DNA of 64,000 bases from an uncultured Actinomycetes bacterium. Its GTDB lineage: Bacteria; Actinomycetota; Thermoleophilia; UBA2241. The position numbers were made by a program, and so were the translations under genes. The notes beneath the pieces were generated by a model. The model was not told the origin of the DNA and did no database searches. It saw only the letters and a program-made list of their open reading frames with translations. Shown here piece after piece: positions 32,683 to 42,110 of the stretch. Within the stretch, counting starts at the first letter, position 1. Every line of letters begins with the position of its first letter. Where the stretch lies: assembly GCA_963709345.1 (NCBI GenBank), contig CAVPVX010000010.1, positions 32,001 through 96,000 on the forward strand, read 5' to 3'.

Positions 32683-33840
32683 ATGACGACGGAGCAGGAG
32701 GCGATCCGCCGGCAGACCGACTGCCGTGCAGACCGCTTCGACGCGGCGGCCGGAGGGCCGACGATGAAGGCCGTCGTGACGCTGGGCAACGGTGGACTCG
32801 ACATGCTGGACTACCGCGACGTGCCGCTGCCGGTCGCGGGACCGGGAGAGGTGCTGCTGCGGGTCCTCGCCGCCGGTGTCAACACCACCGAGATCAACAC
32901 CCGTCTGGGCTGGTACTCGGCGAGTGTGACGGAGGATACGGAGAGCACGGCGTCCGACCAGGAGACCGCTGCGGTCGCCAAGGAGGACGGCGGATGGAGC
33001 GCGCCCACTCCGTTCCCGCTCATCCAGGGCACCGACTGCTGCGGCCGCGTCGCGGCGGTAGGGCCGGCCGGCGACGACCGCCTGCTCGGTCGCCGCGTCC
33101 TGGTGCGCCCGTGCATGCGCCCTTACGGCTTCTCATCGCTGGAGACGGTGTGGATGGCATCCGACTTCGACGGCGCCTTCGCCGAGTACGTCAGGGTTCC
33201 CGCGTCAGAGGTCTTTGCGGTGGAGTCCGAACTCAGTGACGTGGAACTCGGGGCGCTGCCCTGCGCCTACGGTACGGCAGAGAACATGCTGCACCGCGCC
33301 GGCGTGAGCCGCGGGCAGCACGTCGTCGTCACCGGCGCGTCCGGAGGGGTCGGCGCCGCCGCCGTGCAGCTCGCCGGGCGGCGCGGCGCCACCGTGACCG
33401 CCGTCGCCGGCCGCGCCAAGGCCGAGCAGGTGCGGGCGCTGGGAGCCGACGCCGTCGTGGACCGGGACGCCGATCTCGTCGCGGCCATCGGCGAGCAGGC
33501 TGCGGACGTGGTCGTCGACAACGTCTCCGGCCCGGCCTTCGATGCCCTTGTCGCCGTGCTGAAGCGAGGCGGCAGGTACGTCTCCTCCGGAGCCATCGCC
33601 GGTCCCCTGGTCTCGTTCGACAAGCGCACCTTCTACCTGCGCGACCTGACGCTGCTCGGTTGTACCGCGTGGGACGAGCCGGTCTTTGCCGACCTCATCG
33701 GCTACGTCGAGCGGCGAGAGGTGCGGCCACCGGTCGCGAAGACGTATCCCCTCGAGCACATCGCCGACGCCCAGGCCGAGTTCCTCAAGAAGCGGCACGT
33801 CGGCAAGTTCGTGCTGATCCCTCCGCGGGGCAGAGACTGA
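32683..33840 (+). CDS. MDR-family (zinc-type ADH / quinone reductase-like) oxidoreductase; start may be 32764
   Basis: EVLLRV.AAGVN, PLIQG.DC.G, TGASGGVG, GKFVL. Confidence 0.85.
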   Translation: MTTEQEAIRRQTDCRADRFDAAAGGPTMKAVVTLGNGGLDMLDYRDVPLPVAGPGEVLLRVLAAGVNTTEINTRLGWYSASVTEDTESTASDQETAAVAKEDGGWSAPTPFPLIQGTDCCGRVAAVGPAGDDRLLGRRVLVRPCMRPYGFSSLETVWMASDFDGAFAEYVRVPASEVFAVESELSDVELGALPCAYGTAENMLHRAGVSRGQHVVVTGASGGVGAAAVQLAGRRGATVTAVAGRAKAEQVRALGADAVVDRDADLVAAIGEQAADVVVDNVSGPAFDALVAVLKRGGRYVSSGAIAGPLVSFDKRTFYLRDLTLLGCTAWDEPVFADLIGYVERREVRPPVAKTYPLEHIADAQAEFLKKRHVGKFVLIPPRGRD

Positions 33841-33856
33841 CGCGCCCCGCTGGGGG

Positions 33857-35587
33857 TCACTCTGCCTCGAGCCGGACGTCGAGCACGGGGGCGCGGGCCG
33901 AGGCCGATGAGGCATCGTCCAGCATCGACTGGGCGGCGCTCTCGGCGTCCAGCCGCAACAGGTAGTGCTCGATCTCGTGGTCCACGACCGACTGCTGCCA
34001 CTCGAGCAGCGGTGCCATCAGCCGGGCCACGTCCTCGACGGCCCGCCGGCCCCGGTCGGGAGCCTCGAACGCGATGTGGGTCCGGCGCGTGAGGACGTCG
34101 TCGACGTGCAGGGCGCCCTCGAAGAGCGCGGCGTGGACGACCTCCGCGCGGAGGTAGGTCTCGGCTCCGGTGAGGGGAGCGGCGAGATCGGGTTCATCGG
34201 CGACGAGATCCAGCACCTGCAGGGCGAGCGAACCGTACCGGGCGACGAGATGATCGATCTGCCGGGGCGACAGTTCCGCCGCTCCCGGGTGGAGTCGCGC
34301 CCTTACCGCGGTCTGCGACCATCCGACGGCGCCGAGCAGCGGGATGTCCTCGCTGCGGCTCGGCGGCACGTCAAAGGGCAGGTCGCGGGCCGCGACGTCG
34401 ACCGCGTCGCGAGCCATGATCCTGTACGTCGTGTACTTCCCCCCGGCGATGCTGACCAGCCCTGGTGCGCTGCGGCGCACGAGGTGCTCGCGCGATATCT
34501 CGGCGGTGTCCGCCGACCCGGTCGCGACCAGCGGCCGCAGGCCGACGTACACGGCCGTGATGTCATCGGTCGTGAGGGGCTCGCGAAGGACGGCGTTCAC
34601 GTGGCCGAGCAGGTAGTCGACGTCACCGCGGGTGGCCGAAGGGTGATCCAGTCCGAACTCCCAGTCCGTATCGGTCGTGCCGATGATCCAGTGCTCGCCC
34701 CAGGGGAGCACGAAGAGCACGCTCTTCTCGGTGGGGAGGATGAGGGCGAGCGTCGAGTCGATGCGCGCCTTGGGGACGACGATGTGCACGCCCTTCGAAG
34801 GCCGGACCATGAGCGGGTCCTCGACGCCGGCCAGACGCTCCAGCTCGGTCGTCCACGCGCCGGTGGCGTTGACGACGACGCGGGCGCGGATCGCGAGCTC
34901 GTCGCCGCCCTCGAGGTCCTTGACGCGCGCTCCCGAGATTCTCGGGCCGTCGTGGAGGAAGGAGGCGACCTCGACGGCGGAGACGCACACCGCGCCGTGC
35001 GCCTGCGCCGTGCCGGCGAGGGTGACGGCGAAGCGGGCGTCGTCGACCTGCGCGTCGAAGTAGCGGATCCCGCCGGTGACGGCGTCGTCGCGCAGCGACG
35101 GGACGGCTCGCACGCAGGCTCTCCGCGAGAGGTGCCGGTGGCGCGGCATCGCGGGGTGCAGCCCGGCGAGCCCGTCGTACAGGAGCAGGCCGGCGCCCAT
35201 GAGGAGGCGGTCCCGTACGCCCCGCTTGAGCGGGAACAGGAGCGGCATCGCGTGGACGAGGTGCGGGGCCAGCTTCTCGGCCAGCAGGCGCCGTTCGTGG
35301 AGCGCCTCTCGCACCAGCCCGAAATCGAGATGTTCGATGTAGCGCAGGCCGCCGTGGATCAGCTTGCTGGAGCGGCTCGAGGTGCCCGCGGCGAAGTCGC
35401 GCTTCTCGACCAGCGCCACGGAGAGGCCACGGCCGGCGGCGTCGAGAGCCACGCCGCAGCCCGTCACCCCGCCGCCGATGACGAGGACGTCGAAGTACTC
35501 GGTGGCGAGCCGCTGCAGCCGGCGCTTCCGCGCGGCAAGAGGCGCCGGCTGGGGGTTCGTCTCGCCGGCTGGGCTTGAGAACGTCAT
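33857..35587 (-). CDS. glpD: FAD-dependent glycerol-3-phosphate dehydrogenase
   Basis: IGGGVTG, GTSSRSSKLIHGGLRY, DDAR, GLRPL, GGKYTTYR, D.L.RRT. Confidence 0.9.
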   Translation of the reverse strand: MTFSSPAGETNPQPAPLAARKRRLQRLATEYFDVLVIGGGVTGCGVALDAAGRGLSVALVEKRDFAAGTSSRSSKLIHGGLRYIEHLDFGLVREALHERRLLAEKLAPHLVHAMPLLFPLKRGVRDRLLMGAGLLLYDGLAGLHPAMPRHRHLSRRACVRAVPSLRDDAVTGGIRYFDAQVDDARFAVTLAGTAQAHGAVCVSAVEVASFLHDGPRISGARVKDLEGGDELAIRARVVVNATGAWTTELERLAGVEDPLMVRPSKGVHIVVPKARIDSTLALILPTEKSVLFVLPWGEHWIIGTTDTDWEFGLDHPSATRGDVDYLLGHVNAVLREPLTTDDITAVYVGLRPLVATGSADTAEISREHLVRRSAPGLVSIAGGKYTTYRIMARDAVDVAARDLPFDVPPSRSEDIPLLGAVGWSQTAVRARLHPGAAELSPRQIDHLVARYGSLALQVLDLVADEPDLAAPLTGAETYLRAEVVHAALFEGALHVDDVLTRRTHIAFEAPDRGRRAVEDVARLMAPLLEWQQSVVDHEIEHYLLRLDAESAAQSMLDDASSASARAPVLDVRLEAE

Positions 35588-35732
35588 GAGGCCCTTCTTC
35601 CCGCGACCCGCCGGTGTTCGTGCTCAGCCTGTGTCCGCAAGGCGACTATCGCCCGTGCGCCCCGGTCTGCGGGGCCGTCGACCGCCGGTCCGTTCAGCCG
35701 CATGTCCGCCGTCCTTTTCGCCTGTCTCCAAA

Positions 35733-35764
35733 CTGGTATGTACCATCTGGCTGGTATGTACCAT
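35733..35764. promoter_or_regulatory. Tandem GntR (HutC/DasR-type) operator, 2x CTGGTATGTACCAT
   Basis: Exact 14-bp direct repeats at 35733-35746 and 35751-35764; near-palindromic core TGGTATGTACCA; third copy upstream of gntR. Confidence 0.8.
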
Positions 35765-35881
35765 GCACGCTGTGGCATACTGCTGTCAAGCGCCGGAGAG
35801 TCACCGGCCCCCGCAGTCCTGGCCGACGTGATGGAGCCGTCGCTCCCGTCGCCGGGCGCCACCACTTCGACTGGAGTCGTC

Positions 35882-37240
35882 ATGCGGCACATCACCGAAG
35901 CAGCCAGGAACACCGCGGTGCTGTGCGATACCGACGTCCTCGTGGTCGGGAGCGGGCCGGGAGGTCTCGCGGCGGCTCTCGGCGCCGCGCGCGCCGGGGC
36001 GCGAACGACGCTTGTCGACCGCTACGGCTGTTTCGGCGGCGCCATCACCCAGGTGGGCGTCGAGTCCATCGCCTGGTACCGCCACGAGGCCACCGTCGAG
36101 GCCGAAGGCATCGGCGTTGAGTTCGAGGAGCGGGCGCAGGCGATGGGCGGGACTCAGCCGGAGTCCCAGTCGATCAGCCAGGCGCTCGACCCGGAGCTCT
36201 TCAAGGTCGTCGCCGACGACCTCGTGAGGGAGGCCGGCGTCGAGCCGCTGCTGCACTGTCTGGCCGCCGAGCCGCTTCTGGATGCCGGCGCCGTCACTGG
36301 AGTGACCACCGAGGGCAAGTCCGGGCGGCAGGCGATCCTCGCGGCGCGTGTCGTCGACGCCACCGGCGACGCCGACCTCGCCTTTCGCGCCGGCGCGCCC
36401 TGCCACGCGACGCCCCTCTCGGAGGCGATGGGCGTCACCGTCACTTTCTCGTGCTCGGGCGTCGACAAGCAACGCTTCCTCGATTACGTCGCCGAACAGG
36501 CCCCCACGTACGCCGACTGGGGCACGGGCTGGCGCATCAACACCTCGGGCAAGGAGGACGAGCTCTTCAGCCCGTACCTCCAGGAGCCCTTCGACCTGGC
36601 GCGCCGGGAAGGGCTGATCCCCGAAGAGACCAAGAGCATCGGCGGGACCTGGGGTCGCCTCTCGGACTCGGGCGAGGCGACCTACCTCAACATGATCTAC
36701 CTGCGCGGGTACGACTGCACGAACGTGCGCGACCTGACGCGCGCGGAGATCGAGGGGCGCCGGCAGGCGCTCCTGGCGATCGAGGCGCTCCGGCGCTTCA
36801 CGCCCGGCTTCGAGAACGCCCACCTGCGCAACTTCGGCATGACCCTCGGCACGCGCGACTCGCGCAAGATCGTCGGCCGCTACGAGCTCACCGAGCGTGA
36901 CGTGCGCGGCGAGGCGCGCTTCGCCGACTCGGTCGGCATCTTCCCTGAGTTCATCGACGGCTACGGCACGCTTGTGCTGCCGACCACGGGCCGGTACTTC
37001 CAGGTGCCCTACGGGATCCTCGTTCCCCGAGGAGTCGACAACCTGCTCGTCGCCGGGCGCTGCGTCGCCGGAGACAAGGTCTCACACGCGGCCACACGCA
37101 ACCAGATGTGCTGTGCGGTGACGGGGCAGGCCGCCGGCGTGGCCGCCGCCGTCTCGCTCGGGGACGGTCGCACCACCGGCGAGGTCGACGTCTCGCGCGT
37201 CCAGGCCGAGCTGAGCCGACAGGGCGTGCGGTACGCCTGA
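35882..37240 (+). CDS. FAD-dependent oxidoreductase (FAD_oxidored family)
   Basis: VVGSGPGG..AA..AAR.G, DATGDAD, G.RDSR.I.G.Y.LT, VPY..L.P..V.NLLVAGRC, GQAAG. Confidence 0.88.
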   Translation: MRHITEAARNTAVLCDTDVLVVGSGPGGLAAALGAARAGARTTLVDRYGCFGGAITQVGVESIAWYRHEATVEAEGIGVEFEERAQAMGGTQPESQSISQALDPELFKVVADDLVREAGVEPLLHCLAAEPLLDAGAVTGVTTEGKSGRQAILAARVVDATGDADLAFRAGAPCHATPLSEAMGVTVTFSCSGVDKQRFLDYVAEQAPTYADWGTGWRINTSGKEDELFSPYLQEPFDLARREGLIPEETKSIGGTWGRLSDSGEATYLNMIYLRGYDCTNVRDLTRAEIEGRRQALLAIEALRRFTPGFENAHLRNFGMTLGTRDSRKIVGRYELTERDVRGEARFADSVGIFPEFIDGYGTLVLPTTGRYFQVPYGILVPRGVDNLLVAGRCVAGDKVSHAATRNQMCCAVTGQAAGVAAAVSLGDGRTTGEVDVSRVQAELSRQGVRYA

Positions 37241-37255
37241 GCGCCCGCCCCGGCC

Positions 37256-38032
37256 TCAGATCGGGGCCGAGGAAGGCCGCCCCGAGGCCGGCGACGGCGC
37301 GACGCCTTCGACCGGGGCGCTCACCGAGAACTCCGTGCGGTCACCGCGATACACGTCGCGGGCCAGCTCGACGACGGCGTCGTCGGCATCGAACACGGTC
37401 CGGGTGAGGACGATCGCCGGGCTGCCCGGCGCGACGCCCAACGCTTCGGCCTCGAAGCGGTCGAGCGTCACCGCCACGACCCGGGCATCGGCTTTCATGG
37501 GGCGCACGCCGTAGCGCGAGCGGAGGATCGCCCACAGCGAGCCGGTAAGGTCGTTCTCGAGCAGGTCGGGGAAGCGCTCGGCCGACAACTGGATGTTCTC
37601 GATGGCGATCGGCTCCCCCCTGGCAGTCCTCAGTCGCTGGAGGACGTGCACCCGGCCTCCGGGAGGGATGTCCAGCATCGCGGATGCCCGAGCATCCGGC
37701 TCGAGCGTCCCGGCTGCCAGTATCTCGGTGCCGGGCGCCCGGTCCGCCTCGGTCATGTTCCGCGTGAAGCTCCCGACGCTGAAGCGGAGCCGCGGCTCGG
37801 CGACGAACGTCCCGCGACGCGGATGGCGGTAGAGGTAGCCCTCCAGCGTGAGCGTCTCCAGTGCGTGACGCGCCGTCATGCGACTGACCTGGTACCGCTC
37901 GCTCAGCGCGCGCTCGGAGGGTACCGATGAATGGGGATCGAGGCGCCCGGCCTCTATCTGGTCGCGAAGGAGTGCGGCGAGCCACAGGTACAGGGGGCTC
38001 GAGCGCTCCGGTGTGCCCCGGGTGCTTGCCAC
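37256..38032 (-). CDS. GntR-family (HutC/UTRA) transcriptional regulator
   Basis: PSERALSERYQVSRMTAR, RRGTFVA, C-terminal UTRA YRGDR; GGAAGGGGGA RBS before GTG 38032. Confidence 0.9.
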   Translation of the reverse strand: MASTRGTPERSSPLYLWLAALLRDQIEAGRLDPHSSVPSERALSERYQVSRMTARHALETLTLEGYLYRHPRRGTFVAEPRLRFSVGSFTRNMTEADRAPGTEILAAGTLEPDARASAMLDIPPGGRVHVLQRLRTARGEPIAIENIQLSAERFPDLLENDLTGSLWAILRSRYGVRPMKADARVVAVTLDRFEAEALGVAPGSPAIVLTRTVFDADDAVVELARDVYRGDRTEFSVSAPVEGVAPSPASGRPSSAPI

Positions 38033-38142
38033 AGTCCCCCTTCCCAGCCGAGAGGATCGGCGGGTCCTTCTCGTCGATCCGGTGCCCGTGATGCCGGCGG
38101 AGGCAGCGCCGCCGGATTCGCGATAGGCTACCATACGGTTCA

Positions 38143-38156
38143 TTGGTACATACCAG
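38143..38156 (-). promoter_or_regulatory. GntR operator copy (CTGGTATGTACCAA on minus strand) upstream of gntR
   Basis: 13/14 match to the repeats at 35733 and 35751. Confidence 0.75.
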
Positions 38157-38301
38157 CAGAGACGGTGCGGGGGTGGTCGCGACTGTCGGCGGGGATCCTG
38201 CCGATGCGTGCATTCGTCGGTGGGAGCACGGTGCGGCCGACTATCATGGCCTGATTCGTTCGTCCTACCGAATATCCTGGTGTCTCCACAGGCGTCCGCA
38301 G

Positions 38302-38352
38302 CTAATTAACCGGTCAATCCGTCTTGCCAACTTGACGCAGCATGTGTATGGT
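38302..38352 (+). promoter_or_regulatory. BetI-like operator CTAATTAACCGGTCAATCCG (38302-38321) abutting promoter TTGCCA-17-TATGGT of the ABC operon
   Basis: 17/20 match to the palindromic consensus. Confidence 0.72.
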
Positions 38353-38442
38353 GACCAACACGTGTGGGAACAGTCTGGCGCCGCCGGCGCCATTGCGGTC
38401 CACGACGTTTCACGAGGCGTACACCTTAGGGGGAGTAGAGAC

Positions 38443-40131
38443 ATGGCTGACGAGAAATACGCGAGGGAGTACGGGCAGCACCTGGTCGACCAGGTGATGA
38501 AGGGCAAGATGACGCGCCGCCAGCTGCTCGTGCGCGCGTCCGTTTTCGGTCTTTCCGTGACGGCCGCCGGCCAGCTGCTCGCGGCGTGCGGCGGCAGCAG
38601 CGACGACTCGGCCTCGCCGGCCGCGTCCGGCATGCCGGAGCCCGTCATGGGCGGCACCATCAAGATGATCGGCCCGGCGCCGATCACCGACCCCGATCCG
38701 GTCACCATCTACGACCAGGGCGGCATCGTCCTCGTCTACCAGTTCCTTGAGTACCTGATCGACCTGGCCGACGACAACGCACTGGTGCCCAAGCTCGCGG
38801 AGAGCTGGGAGGCGAACGAGAGTGTCGACGTCTGGACGTTCAATCTGCGCCAGGGCGTGACCTACAACGACGGCAGCCCGTTCGGAGCCGAGGACGTGGT
38901 CACGAGCATGGAGCGCGTCCTCAACCCTGACAGCGGCTCGGGCGCTCTCTCGCAGCTCGGCGGCGTGCTCTCACCTGGCGGCACCAAGGCCGTCGACGAT
39001 GCCACGGTCGAGTTCACCCTCGACAAGCCCTTCGCCGACTTCCCGTACATGGTGTCCTCGGGCAACTACAACACCGCCATCCTGCCGCGCACGTACAAGG
39101 GCAACATCATCAAGAACCCGGTAGGCACGGGTCCGTTCATGCTCGACCAGTACGTGACCAAGCAGAAAGCCACCTTCAAGAAGAACCCCACCTACTGGGG
39201 CAAGGACGAACAGGGTCGTCAGCTTCCGTACCTGGACGGCATGGAGTACATCATGGTCGAGGACAACTCGGCCCAGAACCTCCAGCTCCAGTCCGGCGCC
39301 ATCGACCTGCAGCCGCAGACCGTGTTCCAGGGCGCGCAGGCGCTGTTCGCCGATCCCAACCTCCGCGTCGACATCTACCCGGGCACGGGCATCCGTGAGG
39401 TCGCCTTCAACGTGGACAAGGAGCCGTGGAAGGACAACCCCAAGCTCCGTCAGGCGGTCGCGTACTGCCTCGACCGTGAGGCCATCAACAAGGCCCTGTA
39501 CGACGGCCGCAGCAACCTCGGTTACGACACCTTCTGGGAGCCGTCCGTCTTCGCCGGCGCCCCGGAGTCGACCCCGCGTGCCCAGGACTACGACAAGGCC
39601 AAGGCTCTGCTCAGCGAGGCCGGCTATCCGGATGGCCTCGAGATCGAGCTCACCTTCGCGAAGTACCTCGAGAACCCGCAGTACGCACAGCTCATCCAGG
39701 AGCAGTGCAAGCCGGCCGGCATCACCGTCAAGCTGAATCAGCTCAGCTACGAGGCGTACTATGCCGGTGACGACGCCGACTACTACGGCACCACGCCGTG
39801 GATCAACGCGCCGATGAGCATCACCGAGTGGGGCAGCCGCCCGGCTCCCGGCATCTACGCCGCGGCCATGCTTCTGCCCGACGCCGTGTGGAGTTCGTCG
39901 CACTGGGACAACGCCGACTTCGTGAGCGCCTTCAACGAATATGAGTCCACCGTCGACGAGGCCGCCCGCATGGAGCTCGCCACCAAGCTCTCGGCTACCC
40001 AGCAAGAAGACACGCCCATCCTCTTGTCCTTCTTCATCACCCAGCTGCGCACGCAGAAGAAGAACGTGTTCGGCGTCAAGGGCCCAGGCTCGTTCTATTG
40101 CGACATGAGCCAAGCCTTCATGACCGCGTAA
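38443..40131 (+). CDS. ABC transporter family-5 (peptide/nickel-type) substrate-binding lipoprotein with Tat signal
   Basis: TRRQLL twin-Arg plus LAAC lipobox; PKLAESW, F.LRQGV.YNDG, PVGTGPF. Confidence 0.9.
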   Translation: MADEKYAREYGQHLVDQVMKGKMTRRQLLVRASVFGLSVTAAGQLLAACGGSSDDSASPAASGMPEPVMGGTIKMIGPAPITDPDPVTIYDQGGIVLVYQFLEYLIDLADDNALVPKLAESWEANESVDVWTFNLRQGVTYNDGSPFGAEDVVTSMERVLNPDSGSGALSQLGGVLSPGGTKAVDDATVEFTLDKPFADFPYMVSSGNYNTAILPRTYKGNIIKNPVGTGPFMLDQYVTKQKATFKKNPTYWGKDEQGRQLPYLDGMEYIMVEDNSAQNLQLQSGAIDLQPQTVFQGAQALFADPNLRVDIYPGTGIREVAFNVDKEPWKDNPKLRQAVAYCLDREAINKALYDGRSNLGYDTFWEPSVFAGAPESTPRAQDYDKAKALLSEAGYPDGLEIELTFAKYLENPQYAQLIQEQCKPAGITVKLNQLSYEAYYAGDDADYYGTTPWINAPMSITEWGSRPAPGIYAAAMLLPDAVWSSSHWDNADFVSAFNEYESTVDEAARMELATKLSATQQEDTPILLSFFITQLRTQKKNVFGVKGPGSFYCDMSQAFMTA

Positions 40132-40176
40132 GCGGACTGGAAGGTAGCGGACACAGACTGACGTAGGGTTCCCGGG

Positions 40177-41124
40177 ATGCTGCGCCTGATAGGTCGGCGA
40201 CTGCTCCTCATGGTGCCGACGCTGATCTTGGCGTCGATGCTGATCTTCGCGCTCGCCGAGGTCCTGCCCGGCGACGTGGGGCGCTCCATCCTGGGGCCCT
40301 ACGCCACGCAAGAACAGGTCGAGCTTCTCAACGAGAGGCTCGGCGCCGACAAGCCCATCTACGTGCGCTACGCCACATGGGCCGGCGGCTTCGTCACCGG
40401 CGACTGGGGAGACTCGCTGCTTCTCAAGGTGCCGGTGCTCCCCACCGTCATGAAGGCGCTGGGCAACTCGCTGGTGCTCGCGGGGTTCGCGCTGGTGCTC
40501 ATCGTGCCCACGTCCGTCCTCTTGGGCGTGTTCTCAGGCTTACGACGAGACAGCGCCCTCGACCGCACCATCACGGTCTCCACGTTGTCCATGACCGTCA
40601 TTCCCGAGTTCGTGAGCGGCGTCGTGCTGCTCTACGTCTTTGCGGTGTGGCTCAAGGTGCTGCCTGTCACGGCCATGCCGCCAGACGGCTCCCCGTTCGT
40701 GAGCCGCTTCTACTACCTGATCCTCCCGGCGATCCCGCTGATGTTCCTCGAGCTCGGCTACATCGCGCGCATGGCCAGGGTCGGCACCGTGCAGGTGCTG
40801 GCCATGCCGTACATCCGCACGGCCGTGCTCAAAGGGCTGCCGCGACGCAGGGTCATCTTCGGCCACGTGCTGCGCAACGCCATGGTGCCCACCGTCACTG
40901 TCATCGGTAGCCAGATAGGCTGGCTGATCGGCGGTCTGGTCGTTGTCGAGACCCTGTTCGTCTACCCCGGCATCGGCAAGCTCATGGTCAATGCCGCGCA
41001 GACGCACGACCTGCCCATGCTCGAGGCGGCGGTCCTCATGGTGGCGATCCTCTACATGTTGTCCAACCTCATCGCCGACATCATCGTCGCGCTTCTCAAC
41101 CCACGCATCCGGGCGGGCGGATGA
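40177..41124 (+). CDS. ABC transporter permease (DppB-like)
   Basis: LPGD, GDWG.S, YIRTA.LKGL, VETLF.YPG.G. Confidence 0.9.
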   Translation: MLRLIGRRLLLMVPTLILASMLIFALAEVLPGDVGRSILGPYATQEQVELLNERLGADKPIYVRYATWAGGFVTGDWGDSLLLKVPVLPTVMKALGNSLVLAGFALVLIVPTSVLLGVFSGLRRDSALDRTITVSTLSMTVIPEFVSGVVLLYVFAVWLKVLPVTAMPPDGSPFVSRFYYLILPAIPLMFLELGYIARMARVGTVQVLAMPYIRTAVLKGLPRRRVIFGHVLRNAMVPTVTVIGSQIGWLIGGLVVVETLFVYPGIGKLMVNAAQTHDLPMLEAAVLMVAILYMLSNLIADIIVALLNPRIRAGG

Positions 41125-42110
41125 GCATGGACGAGCGCAACGGTTCCCCCGGGCCTGACCCGGATCTGCAGGCGGAAGGCATGCAGGTGAGCTCGGATCC
41201 GGAGATGCTCGAACTCCGGGCGGAGGCCGCCGCAGGCCGCCAAGGCCAGGAACTCCAGGCCGACGCCGCCGCCGCCCTCGAGCAGAAGCGCCAGCGGCGC
41301 TACCTCGTCAAGGCTCTGCTGCGGAGCCCGACCTTCATGGTCGGCATAGTGATCGTGCTCTTCTGGATCATCATGGGCGCCTTCTCGATCTACTTCACGC
41401 AGAGCCCGACGGCCCAGGATGCCCTCTCGTCTCTGCAGGGGCCCAGCGCATCGCACTGGTTCGGCACCGACGACCTGGGGCGCGACGTGTTCGCGCGCAC
41501 CATGGCCGGGGCCCGCACCGTACTCATCATCGCGCCGCTGGCCACGCTGCTGGCGCTGGTGTGGGGCGGCATCATCGGCTTGGTAGCTGGCTTCTGGCGC
41601 GGGATCACCGACGAGATCATCATGCGCCTCGTCGACGTGCTGCTCGCCCTGCCGATCATCATCACCTCGATCCTCATCCTTTCGTTGTTGGGTAAGGGGA
41701 CGGCGATCATCATCGTCACGATCGGCGCGCTCTTCACACCGGTGGTCAGCCGGACCATCCGTTCGGCGGTCATCGGCGAGCGCGAGCGTGAGTACGTCAT
41801 GGCGGCTCGGCTGCGCGGCGAGCGCTCGGCGTTCGTGATGACGCGCGAGATCCTGCCCAACATCACCCAGCCGATCATCGTCGAGGGCACGATCCGCCTC
41901 GGCTACGCCGTCTTCACCGCCGCCACGCTGTCGTTCCTCGGCTTCGGGCTCCAGCCGCCGTCGTCGGACTGGGGGCTCACCATCGCCACCCAGCGCGTGT
42001 TCCTGCAGATCGCCCCATGGACGGTGCTGTTCCCCGCCCTGGCGCTCGCCTCTCTGGTGGTGGGCGTGAACCTGATCACCGACGGACTGGGAAGGGTGTT
42101 CTCGAAATGA
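41121..42110 (+). CDS. ABC transporter permease (DppC-like)
   Basis: HWFGTDDLGRD, EYV.AA..RG, EILPN, LSFLG.G.QPP..DWG. Confidence 0.9.
   Translation: MSMDERNGSPGPDPDLQAEGMQVSSDPEMLELRAEAAAGRQGQELQADAAAALEQKRQRRYLVKALLRSPTFMVGIVIVLFWIIMGAFSIYFTQSPTAQDALSSLQGPSASHWFGTDDLGRDVFARTMAGARTVLIIAPLATLLALVWGGIIGLVAGFWRGITDEIIMRLVDVLLALPIIITSILILSLLGKGTAIIIVTIGALFTPVVSRTIRSAVIGEREREYVMAARLRGERSAFVMTREILPNITQPIIVEGTIRLGYAVFTAATLSFLGFGLQPPSSDWGLTIATQRVFLQIAPWTVLFPALALASLVVGVNLITDGLGRVFSK

Noticed and set aside
33965-35578. Long antisense and alternative-frame ORFs (for example 33965-35578, 41903-44230, 54212-56173)
   Set aside because: Shadow ORFs expected from high-GC codon bias opposite well-supported genes
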